Below the pieces are notes generated by a model. That model did not search any database. It had not been told where the DNA came from and was given only the letters and a program-made list of their open reading frames with translations. From a virus (Duplodnaviria; Caudoviricetes), in IMG/VR virus record IMGVR_UViG_2700988807_000001, positions 12,798-76,797 of that record: a stretch of 64,000 nt of DNA; one strand, written 5' to 3'. The number at the start of each line of letters is the position of its first letter. The stretch's first letter is position 1. The position numbers were made by a program, and so were the translations under genes. Below, in pieces: positions 44,821-54,538 of the stretch.

Positions 44821-45716
44821 CCGATCGTCCGAGTTGGGATGAGTATGGGTTGCATCTGGCTTCCGCGGCAGCAACTCGAGCGGATTGTACGAGAAGAAAG
44901 GTCGGCGCCGTTCTCATGGCCGCAGACCACTCGATCATATCTCTTGGGTACAACGGCGGACCCTCTAAGGGGAAGTCCTGCCTCAAGGGCGAATGTCCAC
45001 GAGGACGACTGACCAAGGAAGAGCTTCCTGGCGACAGCGCTTACGACACAGGTGGTGGTACTTGTGTTGCCCTTCATGCCGAGTGGAATGTGATCATCAG
45101 AACTGCGCATCACCAGTTCGCGAATTCGACTCTCTACATCACCGACGAGCCGTGCCATATTTGCAAGGTGCTGATCTCCGGTACGGCAATCCAGCGTGTG
45201 GTGGCTCCCGGTTATGAGTGGGAGCGGACCGTCTCCGATGAGGAACGAAACCTCGTGCAGCAGAAGCTGGAGGTTGACGCTCTACTCTATCGTCGAGGAG
45301 AGGGAGATATTCCAAACTCTCTCATGACCAAACCGGGCGACTTCGGTGTGATGGAAGATCGAGCAGCCGATATTCCAGACCTTCCTAATGCGAAGTTCGT
45401 AGGAATCCACGAACATGGCTGGTTCATGTACGAGCTTTCCGAGAGCGTCCGACGAGAAAACCAGTTCGCCATATTCACACGACCTGGTGCAACCAAGGTG
45501 ATCGATCCGGACCGACCGAATGTCGAAGTTCTCAAGACTCTCGGCGTGAAGAGTCATCGAGACGTTCTCGAGCAGCTCGGCTATCGGTGGTGTGTGGATC
45601 GCGTCTATATTTCGACTCTGTCGGATGACGACCTTCTCAAGTGCATCGAGGAGTTCAACCTCAGCCAAGACTACGCGAGCGCTCACCCATTCGAAGAAGA
45701 ACTACTCAACCGGTGA
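44817..45716 (+). CDS. dCMP deaminase with C-terminal extension
   Basis: RPSWDEY..CTRRKVGAV..GYNG..HAEWN..PCHIC. Confidence 0.85.
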   Translation: MTDRPSWDEYGLHLASAAATRADCTRRKVGAVLMAADHSIISLGYNGGPSKGKSCLKGECPRGRLTKEELPGDSAYDTGGGTCVALHAEWNVIIRTAHHQFANSTLYITDEPCHICKVLISGTAIQRVVAPGYEWERTVSDEERNLVQQKLEVDALLYRRGEGDIPNSLMTKPGDFGVMEDRAADIPDLPNAKFVGIHEHGWFMYELSESVRRENQFAIFTRPGATKVIDPDRPNVEVLKTLGVKSHRDVLEQLGYRWCVDRVYISTLSDDDLLKCIEEFNLSQDYASAHPFEEELLNR

Positions 45717-45859
45717 TGACTGGCGAGAAGCCTCACGGCGATATTACAGCCATCATGGACGCCAACGGTGTATGGCAGTCATATGAAGTAGATCTCACCA
45801 ATCTCAATCTCAGGAACACCGATATTCCCGGGTTCCCCAGCAAGAAGGACAACGGCTAA
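45716..45859 (+). CDS. Small hypothetical protein
   Basis: TGATG coupling; fills the gap. Confidence 0.4.
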   Translation: MTGEKPHGDITAIMDANGVWQSYEVDLTNLNLRNTDIPGFPSKKDNG

Positions 45860-45860
45860 C

Positions 45861-46442
45861 ATGGCTACGAACGACAACCGTCAGATCACCATCGAGAACG
45901 CAGAGATCATCTTCCGCAACTTCTCCGGCAAGGAAGGTTTGTACAACTCGGAGGGTGACCGAAACTTCTGCCTCCTTCTCGACGACGCATTGGCCGAGGC
46001 ACTCATTCGTGACGGCTGGAACGTCAAGCATCTCAAGGCCCGAGAGGAGGGCGACGAGCCGCGACCGTATATTCAGGTCTCGGTCAAGTACCGGGGTCGC
46101 AACGGTAACGCTGTTCGTCCGCCGACGATCGTGATGATCACCTCGAAGGGCCGCAGCAACCTCGACGAGAGCATGTGCGAGTTCCTCGACTGGGCCGACA
46201 TTGCCAACGTTGACCTGATCGTTCGCCCGTTCGAGTGGTCGGTGAACGGTAAGTCCGGAATCAAGGCATATTTGAAGGCCATCTACGTCACCATTCAGGA
46301 AGACGATCTGGCTCTCAAGTACCAGGACGTTCCCGAGATCGATGCCAATGGTGCTCTCGCAATCGAGTCCGGTGAGCACGACTACATCGAGGGCGAGGTT
46401 GTAGACGTCAACGACGATGACCAATTGGCGATCGAAGGGTGA
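45861..46442 (+). CDS. Single-stranded DNA-binding protein (putative)
   Basis: IFRNFSG..RNF..KAYLKAIYVTI OB-fold-like pattern; acidic C-terminal tail; replication context. Confidence 0.7.
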   Translation: MATNDNRQITIENAEIIFRNFSGKEGLYNSEGDRNFCLLLDDALAEALIRDGWNVKHLKAREEGDEPRPYIQVSVKYRGRNGNAVRPPTIVMITSKGRSNLDESMCEFLDWADIANVDLIVRPFEWSVNGKSGIKAYLKAIYVTIQEDDLALKYQDVPEIDANGALAIESGEHDYIEGEVVDVNDDDQLAIEG

Positions 46443-46780
46443 CCTTCGGCAAGATGATTGATCCGGCCATATTCTCAGGGCGTAACAACCCTGGGAATGT
46501 GGTGCCGGCTATCCCCGACGGGATGGTTCTGGTGACGGAGCTTCCGAACGTCAAGTCCTATCATAGTGGTCCAAATCTTCGGCTTGAATACGACAACGGC
46601 CATCTCACTTATGGGGTTTTATATGCGTTGAGGCCTCATGAGATCCGCAAACAGATGCTGTTTGACGAAGACCGACTCGCTCTTCGTGAGATGGTCGCCA
46701 AGTTGATCGATGGCGTGACGACTGAAGACGTCATGGACTTGGTTGACTTCCATCGTGACCTGTGTTTCTGGAACAACTGA
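46439..46780 (+). CDS. Hypothetical protein
   Basis: GTGA coupling. Confidence 0.55.
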   Translation: MTFGKMIDPAIFSGRNNPGNVVPAIPDGMVLVTELPNVKSYHSGPNLRLEYDNGHLTYGVLYALRPHEIRKQMLFDEDRLALREMVAKLIDGVTTEDVMDLVDFHRDLCFWNN

Positions 46781-46799
46781 ACGAATGTGAGCCTACCTT

Positions 46800-47084
46800 A
46801 TGAGTGACAAGCAGAACCGACCGAACAAGCTATATTTCGAGATTACCGAGTCGGGTTCAGAAAAGGGCCAACACTATTGGGTACTCAAGTCACCCAACGG
46901 CAAGATCATCGGTTCGGCACACTTCAACTACAAGACGTTGGAGTCGGCGATCAACAACTGCATTGCGATTCTCAACGTCGCTCTTGTAGATTCGAGCCGG
47001 ATCTCGATCGAGACCGATCAGGAAATTCGCGAGAAGATCATCACGCAGTGCCGAGACAAGTTCGACATCGAATGGGCTGCCTGA
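46800..47084 (+). CDS. YegP/DUF1508-like paralog 1
   Basis: PNKLYFE..HYWVLKSPNGKIIGSA..YKTLESAINNC. Confidence 0.65.
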   Translation: MSDKQNRPNKLYFEITESGSEKGQHYWVLKSPNGKIIGSAHFNYKTLESAINNCIAILNVALVDSSRISIETDQEIREKIITQCRDKFDIEWAA

Positions 47085-47112
47085 GCAGCTCACAACTATC
47101 AAAGGACGTAAC

Positions 47113-47376
47113 ATGTCTGCAGCAAAGACCGCACGCCCGAACAAGCTATATTTCGAAGCCCGGAGGATCGACGGTAAGGTTCGATTCCGTTGGGTTCTCA
47201 AGTCTCCTCAGGGACGAGAGATCGCAGTATCACACACCACGTTCAGCTCCAAGCTCGCTGTGATCAAGAACTGCATCGTGGTCTTCCACAGCACCTTGTT
47301 GGACGAGAGTCTAATGACGGTCGTGGATCCGGAGATGTACGACAAGATCGCCGCTGAGCTCACCAAGGCTCAGTAA
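47113..47376 (+). CDS. YegP/DUF1508-like paralog 2
   Basis: PNKLYFE..FRWVLKSPQGREIAVS..FSSKLAVIKNC. Confidence 0.65.
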   Translation: MSAAKTARPNKLYFEARRIDGKVRFRWVLKSPQGREIAVSHTTFSSKLAVIKNCIVVFHSTLLDESLMTVVDPEMYDKIAAELTKAQ

Positions 47377-47477
47377 CACCGTCTCACCCCGTGTGGCCAT
47401 CGGAGCGTTTGGGCTATATTCTCAAGCGCTTCGGTGGCCACACTGCTGTCTCAACCAAAACTACCAAAGGAACGAAC

Positions 47478-47687
47478 GTGAGCGACGGAGCCATTGCAGC
47501 TCTCCTGATTGTTGTGTACTACCACTTGATGGCTCTGTCTCTCATCTACAGCGACAAGTTGATGAAACTGGTTCCTCGTAAGCTGGAGAAGTTTCTCACG
47601 AAGCAGTTCCTCAAGCTCGCCTCCATATTTGACAAGCTGTTCAAACGGATTGAAGGGGTTCACCTAAAGTGGAAGAGCAGACTATGA
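47478..47687 (+). CDS. Small membrane protein
   Basis: GTG start after AAAGGA; N-terminal TM helix. Confidence 0.55.
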   Translation: MSDGAIAALLIVVYYHLMALSLIYSDKLMKLVPRKLEKFLTKQFLKLASIFDKLFKRIEGVHLKWKSRL

Positions 47688-48457
47688 TCTCCGATCCTTG
47701 CCGGCCCGAGAAGCCGAACGAGCTATATTTCGTGACGGATCGATTCCCCCGACAGACGCGCTACTACTGGATTCTCCAGACACACGAGGGTTCGGTCATC
47801 GGCACGTCCAACGAGACATATCCCGACAAGGCTGCCGCCATGCGTAATGCGCTTACGCTCTTCGGCCGAGAGATCTTTGCCGGCTATCACCAGGTGGTGG
47901 ATGACGACGATCGCGAACTCATCAGCGACGAGGCGTGGCAGATGGAGAAGCACAACCATATTTCACGTGAGGTGAAGTTGGATGGAACGTGCCCCTCTTG
48001 TACGTACGTCATCGAGGCGTCGGGCCCGGAGGAGAAGAAGAGTTACATCATCGCCAATGCTCGCCCGAAGCGTCTCACCTTCAGTTACATGAAGAAGCAC
48101 AATGGGGAAGAGCACTTCTGGCGCCTCAGCACTTACGATGGGGCATATTTGGACTCTTCTCGGATGCCTTTCAAGACGTTGAGCTCAGCGATCAACAACA
48201 GCATCTCGCACTTCGGTGTCGATCTCATCAATGAGCTCAAGATTCTTGTCGATGCGGAACCCGATATTCGCAACGAGGTCTTCAACGGAGTTCGGTGCAT
48301 GTTCCCGAATGTCGAGAAGCAAGCTGACGTTCCTGATCTGACTCTGGATCGAGCAACTGCCGCTCAGAAGGAAGAGCTCAGTCTACTGACGAATGTCCTT
48401 CAAGGCGAAGTTGTTGCAAACACAGGCCCCGACCGTTCTAGCGTAGAGAAGGTCTGA
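47684..48457 (+). CDS. YegP/DUF1508-like paralog 3 (two domains)
   Basis: PNELYF..YYWILQTHEG and PKRLTF..HFWRLSTYDG. Confidence 0.65.
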   Translation: MISDPCRPEKPNELYFVTDRFPRQTRYYWILQTHEGSVIGTSNETYPDKAAAMRNALTLFGREIFAGYHQVVDDDDRELISDEAWQMEKHNHISREVKLDGTCPSCTYVIEASGPEEKKSYIIANARPKRLTFSYMKKHNGEEHFWRLSTYDGAYLDSSRMPFKTLSSAINNSISHFGVDLINELKILVDAEPDIRNEVFNGVRCMFPNVEKQADVPDLTLDRATAAQKEELSLLTNVLQGEVVANTGPDRSSVEKV

Positions 48458-48459
48458 CT

Positions 48460-48714
48460 GTGGAGAAGCCCAGACTTTATATTGTCTCGTCGGTGGGTGG
48501 GGGCGTAGCTCAACATACGTGGCTGATGCGTTCGAAAGAACGGACGATTGCCTCTTCGAACTACAACGTCGAATCGGACATGATCGACAACCTCGTCTCT
48601 TTGTTCGGCGCCCATATTCTGTTCGACGACATTGACTTTGCCATGTCAATTGAGATGAAGCAGAAAGTGATCGACGCTGCTACTGCCAAGCACTTCGTCA
48701 AACTAATCGATTGA
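48460..48714 (+). CDS. YegP/DUF1508-like paralog 4
   Basis: PRLYI..HTWLMRSKERTIASS. Confidence 0.6.
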   Translation: MEKPRLYIVSSVGGGVAQHTWLMRSKERTIASSNYNVESDMIDNLVSLFGAHILFDDIDFAMSIEMKQKVIDAATAKHFVKLID

Positions 48715-48720
48715 GGAACT

Positions 48721-49014
48721 GTGACCAACACCCTATATTTCAAAGTATTCGAACTCACACCCAGCATCGACATTCACTACTGGGAAGTCCGGTCGTCCGA
48801 GAACAAGACGATTGCGTCCGCACACAACCACTTCGATACGCGTGACGAAGCTATCAAGAACTGTGTCGAGGTCTTCGGTCCGCTACTTCGTGAACCGGAT
48901 TTCTTGATGATCTTCGACCAGGACGAAGCACGCGACAAGATTCGAGCAGAGTACGAACGCCAATTCCCGCAATCCAATGTATGGACGACCAACGGCTACG
49001 GACAGGCTGAGTGA
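48721..49014 (+). CDS. YegP/DUF1508-like paralog 5
   Basis: TLYF..HYWEVRSSENKTIASA..FDTRDEAIKNC. Confidence 0.65.
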   Translation: MTNTLYFKVFELTPSIDIHYWEVRSSENKTIASAHNHFDTRDEAIKNCVEVFGPLLREPDFLMIFDQDEARDKIRAEYERQFPQSNVWTTNGYGQAE

Positions 49015-49298
49015 TGACTGACACGCTATATCTCAAAGAGAAGCTCGTCGAGGGTGAGACCAAGTACTCGTGGTTCTACTCGACGAACTCCATGAGCGCC
49101 GAGTCTACCGACTTCACGAACGAAGACAAGATGATCGAACACTTCGTCGGGGTCTTTCGCGAAGAGCTCTTTGATGAGACGAAACTCGTTGTCGAAGCAA
49201 CTGAGGCGCAGCGAGACAAGATTCTCGTCGAGTACCAGAAGCAATTCGGCGTTGTCGATATTCCAACCGAGACCGAACCACCAGCCGACCCAACCTAA
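49011..49298 (+). CDS. YegP/DUF1508-like paralog 6 (divergent)
   Basis: TLYL..YSWFYS..RDKILVEYQKQF. Confidence 0.55.
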   Translation: MMTDTLYLKEKLVEGETKYSWFYSTNSMSAESTDFTNEDKMIEHFVGVFREELFDETKLVVEATEAQRDKILVEYQKQFGVVDIPTETEPPADPT

Positions 49299-49310
49299 GG
49301 AGTTAGATGC

Positions 49311-49595
49311 ATGATCGCCATCAGACCGCGTCACCCGGACAAGCTATATTTCGAGTCGATGTCGGTCGAAGGCATCGTGCATTATCGCTGGGTTCTCAAG
49401 TCGACTCACGACGATGACGAACTCCCTCTCGTCACGACCCCGTTCACCTACACGTGCAAAGAATCCGCCATCCACAACGGCGTTGTTCTTTTCGGTTGCT
49501 TACTTATAGAAGGCATCATCGACGTGGCAGATCCCGATATTCGTGAGGAGCTGCTAGAAGAATGTCGCCTCAACCCCGACCTAACGAAAGGCTAG
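49311..49595 (+). CDS. YegP/DUF1508-like paralog 7
   Basis: PDKLYFE..YRWVLKS..YTCKESAIHNG. Confidence 0.65.
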   Translation: MIAIRPRHPDKLYFESMSVEGIVHYRWVLKSTHDDDELPLVTTPFTYTCKESAIHNGVVLFGCLLIEGIIDVADPDIREELLEECRLNPDLTKG

Positions 49596-49599
49596 ATCT

Positions 49600-50235
49600 A
49601 TGTGGTGGTCTATCTTCTTGGCCGTGATTGGTGTCACAGGCCTATATTTGACAACCCAAAAGAACGTTCTCGGATTCGCGATCGGTGTCGGCGTGCAGAT
49701 CCTTTGGGTCGTCTACGCTCTGGCGACTGGTCAGTACGGTTTCATCCTCAGCGCTTTGGCTTACGGTGCGGTCAACATCATCGGACTGCGTAAGTGGACG
49801 AAGGACGCACGAGCCGAAAGCTCAGGAAAGGCCGAAGAGGCCATGAAAGCTCTTGGGGTGCGCTTCCTATATTTCACTGGCGTCAACCCTGAGTACCCTC
49901 CGCACTACTGGGAGCTCAAGACTGCGTACGGCAACGTCGTTCAGCAGAGCCTCAGCTACCAGGACGAGATGGGCGCCATCAAGAACGCCGTGGCCGTCTT
50001 CGGCGACAAGCTGTTCGACTCGAACTACATCGTCATCGATACGAGCCCGGATATTCTCGCCAAGCTCAGGCGCGAGTACCACACGTCTCGGGAGATCCAT
50101 GGTAGTCGACAGTCATATCCAGCCGAAGCAATGCGTATGTCTTCCCTACCGCCCATGCCCGACCCCTACCATTCCATGCAACCGACCCGTGTTCACCACA
50201 ACCCCCGACCCGTTAACTGGGTCACTGGAGACTGA
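49600..50235 (+). CDS. PnuC-like 3-TM domain fused to YegP-like domain
   Basis: Three TM helices (QILWVVYAL..GLRKW), then LYF..HYWELKTAYGNVV..AIKNA. Confidence 0.6.
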   Translation: MWWSIFLAVIGVTGLYLTTQKNVLGFAIGVGVQILWVVYALATGQYGFILSALAYGAVNIIGLRKWTKDARAESSGKAEEAMKALGVRFLYFTGVNPEYPPHYWELKTAYGNVVQQSLSYQDEMGAIKNAVAVFGDKLFDSNYIVIDTSPDILAKLRREYHTSREIHGSRQSYPAEAMRMSSLPPMPDPYHSMQPTRVHHNPRPVNWVTGD

Positions 50236-50241
50236 TAAAAC

Positions 50242-50724
50242 GTGATCCTCATCGACATTCTGTTACTTGCGCTCTGGCTCTACGGCTTATATTTGTCGAG
50301 TCAGAGCCTGACATTCGGCTATGTGCTGACACTAACTGTGCCGGTCGCCTGGATCATCTACGAAGTATCAGAGGGTAGATACGGACTCGTAATCATGGTG
50401 GTTGCAGTCGGGAGCACCTACGCTTTAGGCGTGGCTTGTTGGCTCAAACGGAAACACTCTCGTCGACCGAAGCCGCCTCGCAAGCTATATTTCGTTGACG
50501 AAGATGGCGCTATTCATTGGGAGTACCTATCTTCGGACGGGAAACTCATTCACGCGTCGAGAGATTTCTACAGCCCAAAGATTGCGGCTATCGATGCGGT
50601 CTTCTCGCTTGAGGGCGACTTTTCCCAAGACGACAGAGATCTTCACATCATCGGAAAACAAGAAGTCGTGGATCAGTTCTATCTAGAGAGTGTCCGACTT
50701 CGAGAAGACAGGAAAGATCTATGA
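50242..50724 (+). CDS. 3-TM domain fused to YegP-like domain
   Basis: TM helices, then PRKLYF..IHWEYLSSDGKLIHAS. Confidence 0.6.
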   Translation: MILIDILLLALWLYGLYLSSQSLTFGYVLTLTVPVAWIIYEVSEGRYGLVIMVVAVGSTYALGVACWLKRKHSRRPKPPRKLYFVDEDGAIHWEYLSSDGKLIHASRDFYSPKIAAIDAVFSLEGDFSQDDRDLHIIGKQEVVDQFYLESVRLREDRKDL

Positions 50725-50960
50725 CCCACTGGGAACTTATATTGGTCGGGATCTTGGTCGTCGGTCTTGTGTTGGCCAACTTCAAGAAGACACGAATGCT
50801 GGGGATGCTGATCAGCTTCTTCGCACCTCTGTTCCTGCTGTTCTACTTCTTGATTGACGGACGATACGAGCTCGTCAGCTATCTCCTCACATTCATGCTC
50901 ACCTATACTCTGCTCCCATATATGTGGGGTAAGAACGAAAAGAAAGAAGAAACTAAGTGA
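50721..50960 (+). CDS. 3-TM membrane protein
   Basis: Hydrophobic; the GRY/GQY motif is shared with the two upstream genes. Confidence 0.65.
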   Translation: MTHWELILVGILVVGLVLANFKKTRMLGMLISFFAPLFLLFYFLIDGRYELVSYLLTFMLTYTLLPYMWGKNEKKEETK

Positions 50961-51670
50961 TCGGCAACTCCAACATCACGCTTCTCAGCGGATTCGATTT
51001 CGATCTCATTCAGGAAGTCGGCTCGGACCAGATCATCTGTCAGGCGGCACGAGTTTCGACCAAGGGTGCTGACGCTTTCGGCACAGACGAGTCTGCCGGC
51101 CTGATGAACTTCCTCATGTCCGGACGACATGGCTCTCCGTTCGAGCACGGTCTGATGAGCTTCCGAATCACGGCGCCCATATTCGTGTGGCGTGAGTTCA
51201 TGCGCCATCGCATCGGCTTCTCGTACAACGAACAGTCGGGTCGCTACATGGAGTTGCTGCCGGTCTTCTATATTCCGCCGGCTCATCGTCCACTGGTCCA
51301 GATCGGAAAGGCTGGCGCCTACACCTTCGTAGATGGTACGGACGAGCAGCACGAAACCACGATCGAAGAGCTTCGAATCGCTTACACGTGGGCATGGGAT
51401 TCCTACCGAAACATGCTCAACCGAGGGATCGCCAAGGAAGTGGCTCGAATCTGTTTGCCTGTGGCGACATATTCTTCGGCCTACGTAACGTGTAATCCGC
51501 GTTCGATGATGAGCTTCCTGTCTCTGCGAACCAAGGAGGAGGGGTCCAAGTTCCCGTCATATCCTCAGTGGGAGATCGAACAGGTGGCTCGAAAGATGGA
51601 AGCGGTATTCAAGGAACTTTACCCATTGGCCTACGAGGCGTTCAACGCCAACGGGCGAGTCTCTCCCTAA
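50957..51670 (+). CDS. thyX: Flavin-dependent thymidylate synthase
   Basis: AARVS, HGSPFEH, RHRIGFSYNEQSGRY, KEVAR..LP, QWEI. Confidence 0.93.
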   Translation: MIGNSNITLLSGFDFDLIQEVGSDQIICQAARVSTKGADAFGTDESAGLMNFLMSGRHGSPFEHGLMSFRITAPIFVWREFMRHRIGFSYNEQSGRYMELLPVFYIPPAHRPLVQIGKAGAYTFVDGTDEQHETTIEELRIAYTWAWDSYRNMLNRGIAKEVARICLPVATYSSAYVTCNPRSMMSFLSLRTKEEGSKFPSYPQWEIEQVARKMEAVFKELYPLAYEAFNANGRVSP

Positions 51671-51681
51671 GGAGATGCATC

Positions 51682-51897
51682 ATGCGCTTGAAGATGAACC
51701 AGCTTGCCGCCACGGCCCCCGCACCGAAGATATTCTACTGCCCTCGGTGTGACCGACCGTTCGCACAAGGAACGAAGTCTCTACAGACGCTCTCGAGCGA
51801 TCTGCTGAAGCATGTACACGAAGCACATCCGGATTACGATTCGGAATGGTACGACACATATCCTGAGGACGCACACCCTCTACCCAAAGCTGTGTGA
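51682..51897 (+). CDS. C2H2-like zinc-finger protein
   Basis: FYCPRCDRPF..LLKHVHEAH. Confidence 0.6.
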   Translation: MRLKMNQLAATAPAPKIFYCPRCDRPFAQGTKSLQTLSSDLLKHVHEAHPDYDSEWYDTYPEDAHPLPKAV

Positions 51898-51899
51898 TC

Positions 51900-52037
51900 G
51901 TGGCTTACACACATCACGGACACCATATCCCGGGGACTGACCCCAACGATCCACCGCGCCCTTTGCTTCAATTGCGTTGTGGCGGACCAACAGTCTGTCA
52001 TCAATGCGAAGTCGAAGCATCTCTACTTACCAACTGA
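51900..52037 (+). CDS. Small His/Cys metal-binding protein (not in ORF track)
   Basis: AYTHHGHHIP..RCGGPTVCHQC; paralogous to the N-terminus of the next gene. Confidence 0.65.
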   Translation: MAYTHHGHHIPGTDPNDPPRPLLQLRCGGPTVCHQCEVEASLLTN

Positions 52038-52051
52038 AAGCGAACAATCTA

Positions 52052-52573
52052 ATGGCTTACACGACGCACGGTCACCATATTCCGAAGTCGACCACTTCCG
52101 GCCCCTTCATCGGCGCTGTCCACCGTTGTGGTGGTCCTACCAAGTGCGACAAGTGCGCGCTCGAAGTTGTGCATTTCCTCAGCAACGGTGGAAAGCTCGT
52201 CAACGACGTCACCCCTCGAACCAACATCGAGGGTCTGAAGGTCGAGAAGTACCAGCGCAAGACGTTCGACGTCGATGCGGTCCAGGTGACTGCCGACAAT
52301 CTCGAACTGGTGGCGTCCTGGTGTGGTGGATCTATCATCACCGAGCAGGTGGCCAACGAGGAGGACGCTCTTCTGCCGGCTCCGCCCAAGCGCTACGTTC
52401 TGGTCCCGGTCGCCAAGCCGCTCAACAAGCGACAGACCGAGGCATACATCGGAGACTGGGTTCTCTGGGCCGATCGAGGTTTCAAGGTCTACGGTGAGAA
52501 GCCGTTCTCCAGGAGCTTCAACAAGTCCAAGGATATTCCGGTCGAGCTGCTCACCACGACGGAGAATGTCTGA
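52052..52573 (+). CDS. His/Cys domain fused to conserved phage domain
   Basis: AYTTHGHHIP..RCGGPTKCDKC, then VDAVQVT..AYIGDWV. Confidence 0.65.
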   Translation: MAYTTHGHHIPKSTTSGPFIGAVHRCGGPTKCDKCALEVVHFLSNGGKLVNDVTPRTNIEGLKVEKYQRKTFDVDAVQVTADNLELVASWCGGSIITEQVANEEDALLPAPPKRYVLVPVAKPLNKRQTEAYIGDWVLWADRGFKVYGEKPFSRSFNKSKDIPVELLTTTENV

Positions 52574-52815
52574 TGGCTAAGGGAACCAAGAAGCCGGCAT
52601 CGGTCATCGACACGATCAAGCAGGCAAACGAGAACGACGGCAAGCCGTTCATCATTCGTATTGGGGTTGGTCGCCCACCCAGAGCCATGTGCTCTTGTGG
52701 ATGGGATACCCCACCAAACGAGAATCTGATCGAACTCGGCACGGCCGCTTTCGGACATCGTGACGACACAGGTCATCAGCTTCGACGGCCGGACGACGCA
52801 CCAGACTACATGTGA
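52573..52815 (+). CDS. Hypothetical protein (CSCGW..H)
   Basis: TGATG coupling. Confidence 0.55.
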   Translation: MAKGTKKPASVIDTIKQANENDGKPFIIRIGVGRPPRAMCSCGWDTPPNENLIELGTAAFGHRDDTGHQLRRPDDAPDYM

Positions 52816-52929
52816 CCATATTCCTGAGAGGGGCGGGTACTCACCACGAGTGCTCGCCTCTCTTGGGAGCATCTAAAAATTCAGACTTAATACCCTATTT
52901 GAGTCTGCCAACACAAAGCAGGGGGATCC

Positions 52930-53061
52930 ATGATCGACGATGAGGAGCAGTATCAGAGTCAAAGTATCCACCAGTTCATGCTCGAAGTAGTGACCACCTA
53001 TATTCTGACCTTTCTCACAGGCGGGCTTTGGCTCGTGTGGATGTTGGTCCGCAAGAAGTAA
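52930..53061 (+). CDS. Small membrane protein, TGGLW family 1
   Basis: ILTFLTGGLWLVWMLVRKK. Confidence 0.55.
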   Translation: MIDDEEQYQSQSIHQFMLEVVTTYILTFLTGGLWLVWMLVRKK

Positions 53062-53180
53062 GGCGCCCCATGTCGGTAATCGTCTACGACTTCGATTCGT
53101 ACAGCTGCATGATTACCAGTTCCAAAGATTCATCCAACTCGTACGCCACCCACATCAAGCTATATTCCAAGGAGACTATC

Positions 53181-53312
53181 ATGGCTACTCGAACCACCAA
53201 CAAGCGTAAGTACGGCCTCTTCAACTTCGCGATCGACGTCATCCTGACTCTCATCACGTCGGGGTTCTGGCTGATCTGGGTCTTCGTCCGCGAGATGCGC
53301 AACCGTCGCTGA
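53181..53312 (+). CDS. Small membrane protein, TGGLW family 2
   Basis: AAGGAG RBS; RKYGLFN..LTLITSGFWLIWVFVRE. Confidence 0.7.
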   Translation: MATRTTNKRKYGLFNFAIDVILTLITSGFWLIWVFVREMRNRR

Positions 53313-53357
53313 CCCCCACTTACCCTGCCCAACACACCTATATTTGAGGAGACTATC

Positions 53358-53471
53358 GTGGCAAAAGGTCGTAAGTACGGATTGTTCAACCTATTCTGGG
53401 ACGTCGTCCTGGTCATGATCACCGGAGGACTTTGGGTCCTGTGGATTGTTATTCGAGAGGTGCGTCTCTGA
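53358..53471 (+). CDS. Small membrane protein, TGGLW family 3
   Basis: GAGGAG RBS; RKYGLFN..MITGGLWVLWIVIRE. Confidence 0.7.
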   Translation: MAKGRKYGLFNLFWDVVLVMITGGLWVLWIVIREVRL

Positions 53472-53944
53472 TGGCTACTGGAGACAAGATCGACTGGGGT
53501 CTGCTCGCTATCGAGTACAACGAGTACATGATGTATTCTAAGGAAACCTACATGGACGCATACCGGTCGTTCTGGAACGATCGTGGTGGTCGAGATCGAT
53601 ATTTCACCACCAACCATGACGGCAAAGAGATCAAGCGAGAATTCCTCGGTCCGCCTGCAAACCAAAGAGTTCTGTCGGATTCTCCGCCGGAGCAAACTTT
53701 CGGGTCGCCACTGCCGATCCAGCCATATTCGGTCGAGATTTCCTATGCATCCTCCGGGACAGTGTTTGTCGATGCGACGATGAGTGCGTTCGGATTGAAG
53801 CAGACCCTTCTCCACTACACCAATCTTTGTGAGGAAGAGTGCGATCAACTCATCGTTTCGCTTGACAAGTTTGGACGCTGGGAAGTAGCAGGCGGAACCG
53901 GCATACCTCAGCCCTTCACCCTAACTTTGACTGTGAGGAAGTGA
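53471..53944 (+). CDS. Hypothetical protein, N-domain shared with 53941
   Basis: IDWGLL..FWNDRGGRDRYF. Confidence 0.65.
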   Translation: MATGDKIDWGLLAIEYNEYMMYSKETYMDAYRSFWNDRGGRDRYFTTNHDGKEIKREFLGPPANQRVLSDSPPEQTFGSPLPIQPYSVEISYASSGTVFVDATMSAFGLKQTLLHYTNLCEEECDQLIVSLDKFGRWEVAGGTGIPQPFTLTLTVRK

Positions 53945-54501
53945 TTATGACGCCGAGAATTGACTGGACGTTGCTCTCGAACGAATGGGAGAAGTTCTGG
54001 ATCGCATTCCGAGACGAAGAGAACAAGGCTACAGTTCTCAATGCGTTCTGGAACATGCGTGGTGGTAGAGGTCGATATTTCTACACAGGAGCAAGTGGTC
54101 TCGAGTTCCCAAGAGGACGCTATCCGGTTGGCGATGATGGATCCGAGAGCATCTACACCGTCACGCCGTTAGACAAGTTGAAAGGACAACCTTCATCAGA
54201 ACCTGTAAAACCTCCGAAGGAAGTGGAACGTGTCACAGCGATCCATATTCTGATCGAGGACGGTGGACGAACCGTCATGCTCGGAGAGAATGCGAAGATC
54301 ATCTCTTGCATGATTCCGAAAGACTCGAGCAGTCACATCAAGGTCTGGGTTCAGGACGACTCGGGGTCGGCTCTTCGCAACTACAAGTTCACTCTTCTCG
54401 GTGAGTTGAACGTCGTTCCCGAAGGGTCATATTTCGTCCAGACGATCGTGGACAAGGACGATCATCCCTGGCACATCTACGTCCAGAAGCTCGAAGCGTA
54501 A
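53941..54501 (+). CDS. Hypothetical protein, N-domain shared with 53471
   Basis: IDWTLL..FWNMRGGRGRYF. Confidence 0.65.
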   Translation: MIMTPRIDWTLLSNEWEKFWIAFRDEENKATVLNAFWNMRGGRGRYFYTGASGLEFPRGRYPVGDDGSESIYTVTPLDKLKGQPSSEPVKPPKEVERVTAIHILIEDGGRTVMLGENAKIISCMIPKDSSSHIKVWVQDDSGSALRNYKFTLLGELNVVPEGSYFVQTIVDKDDHPWHIYVQKLEA

Positions 54502-54538
54502 CCCATCCATATTCACCACACCTATCAAGGAGATCTAG

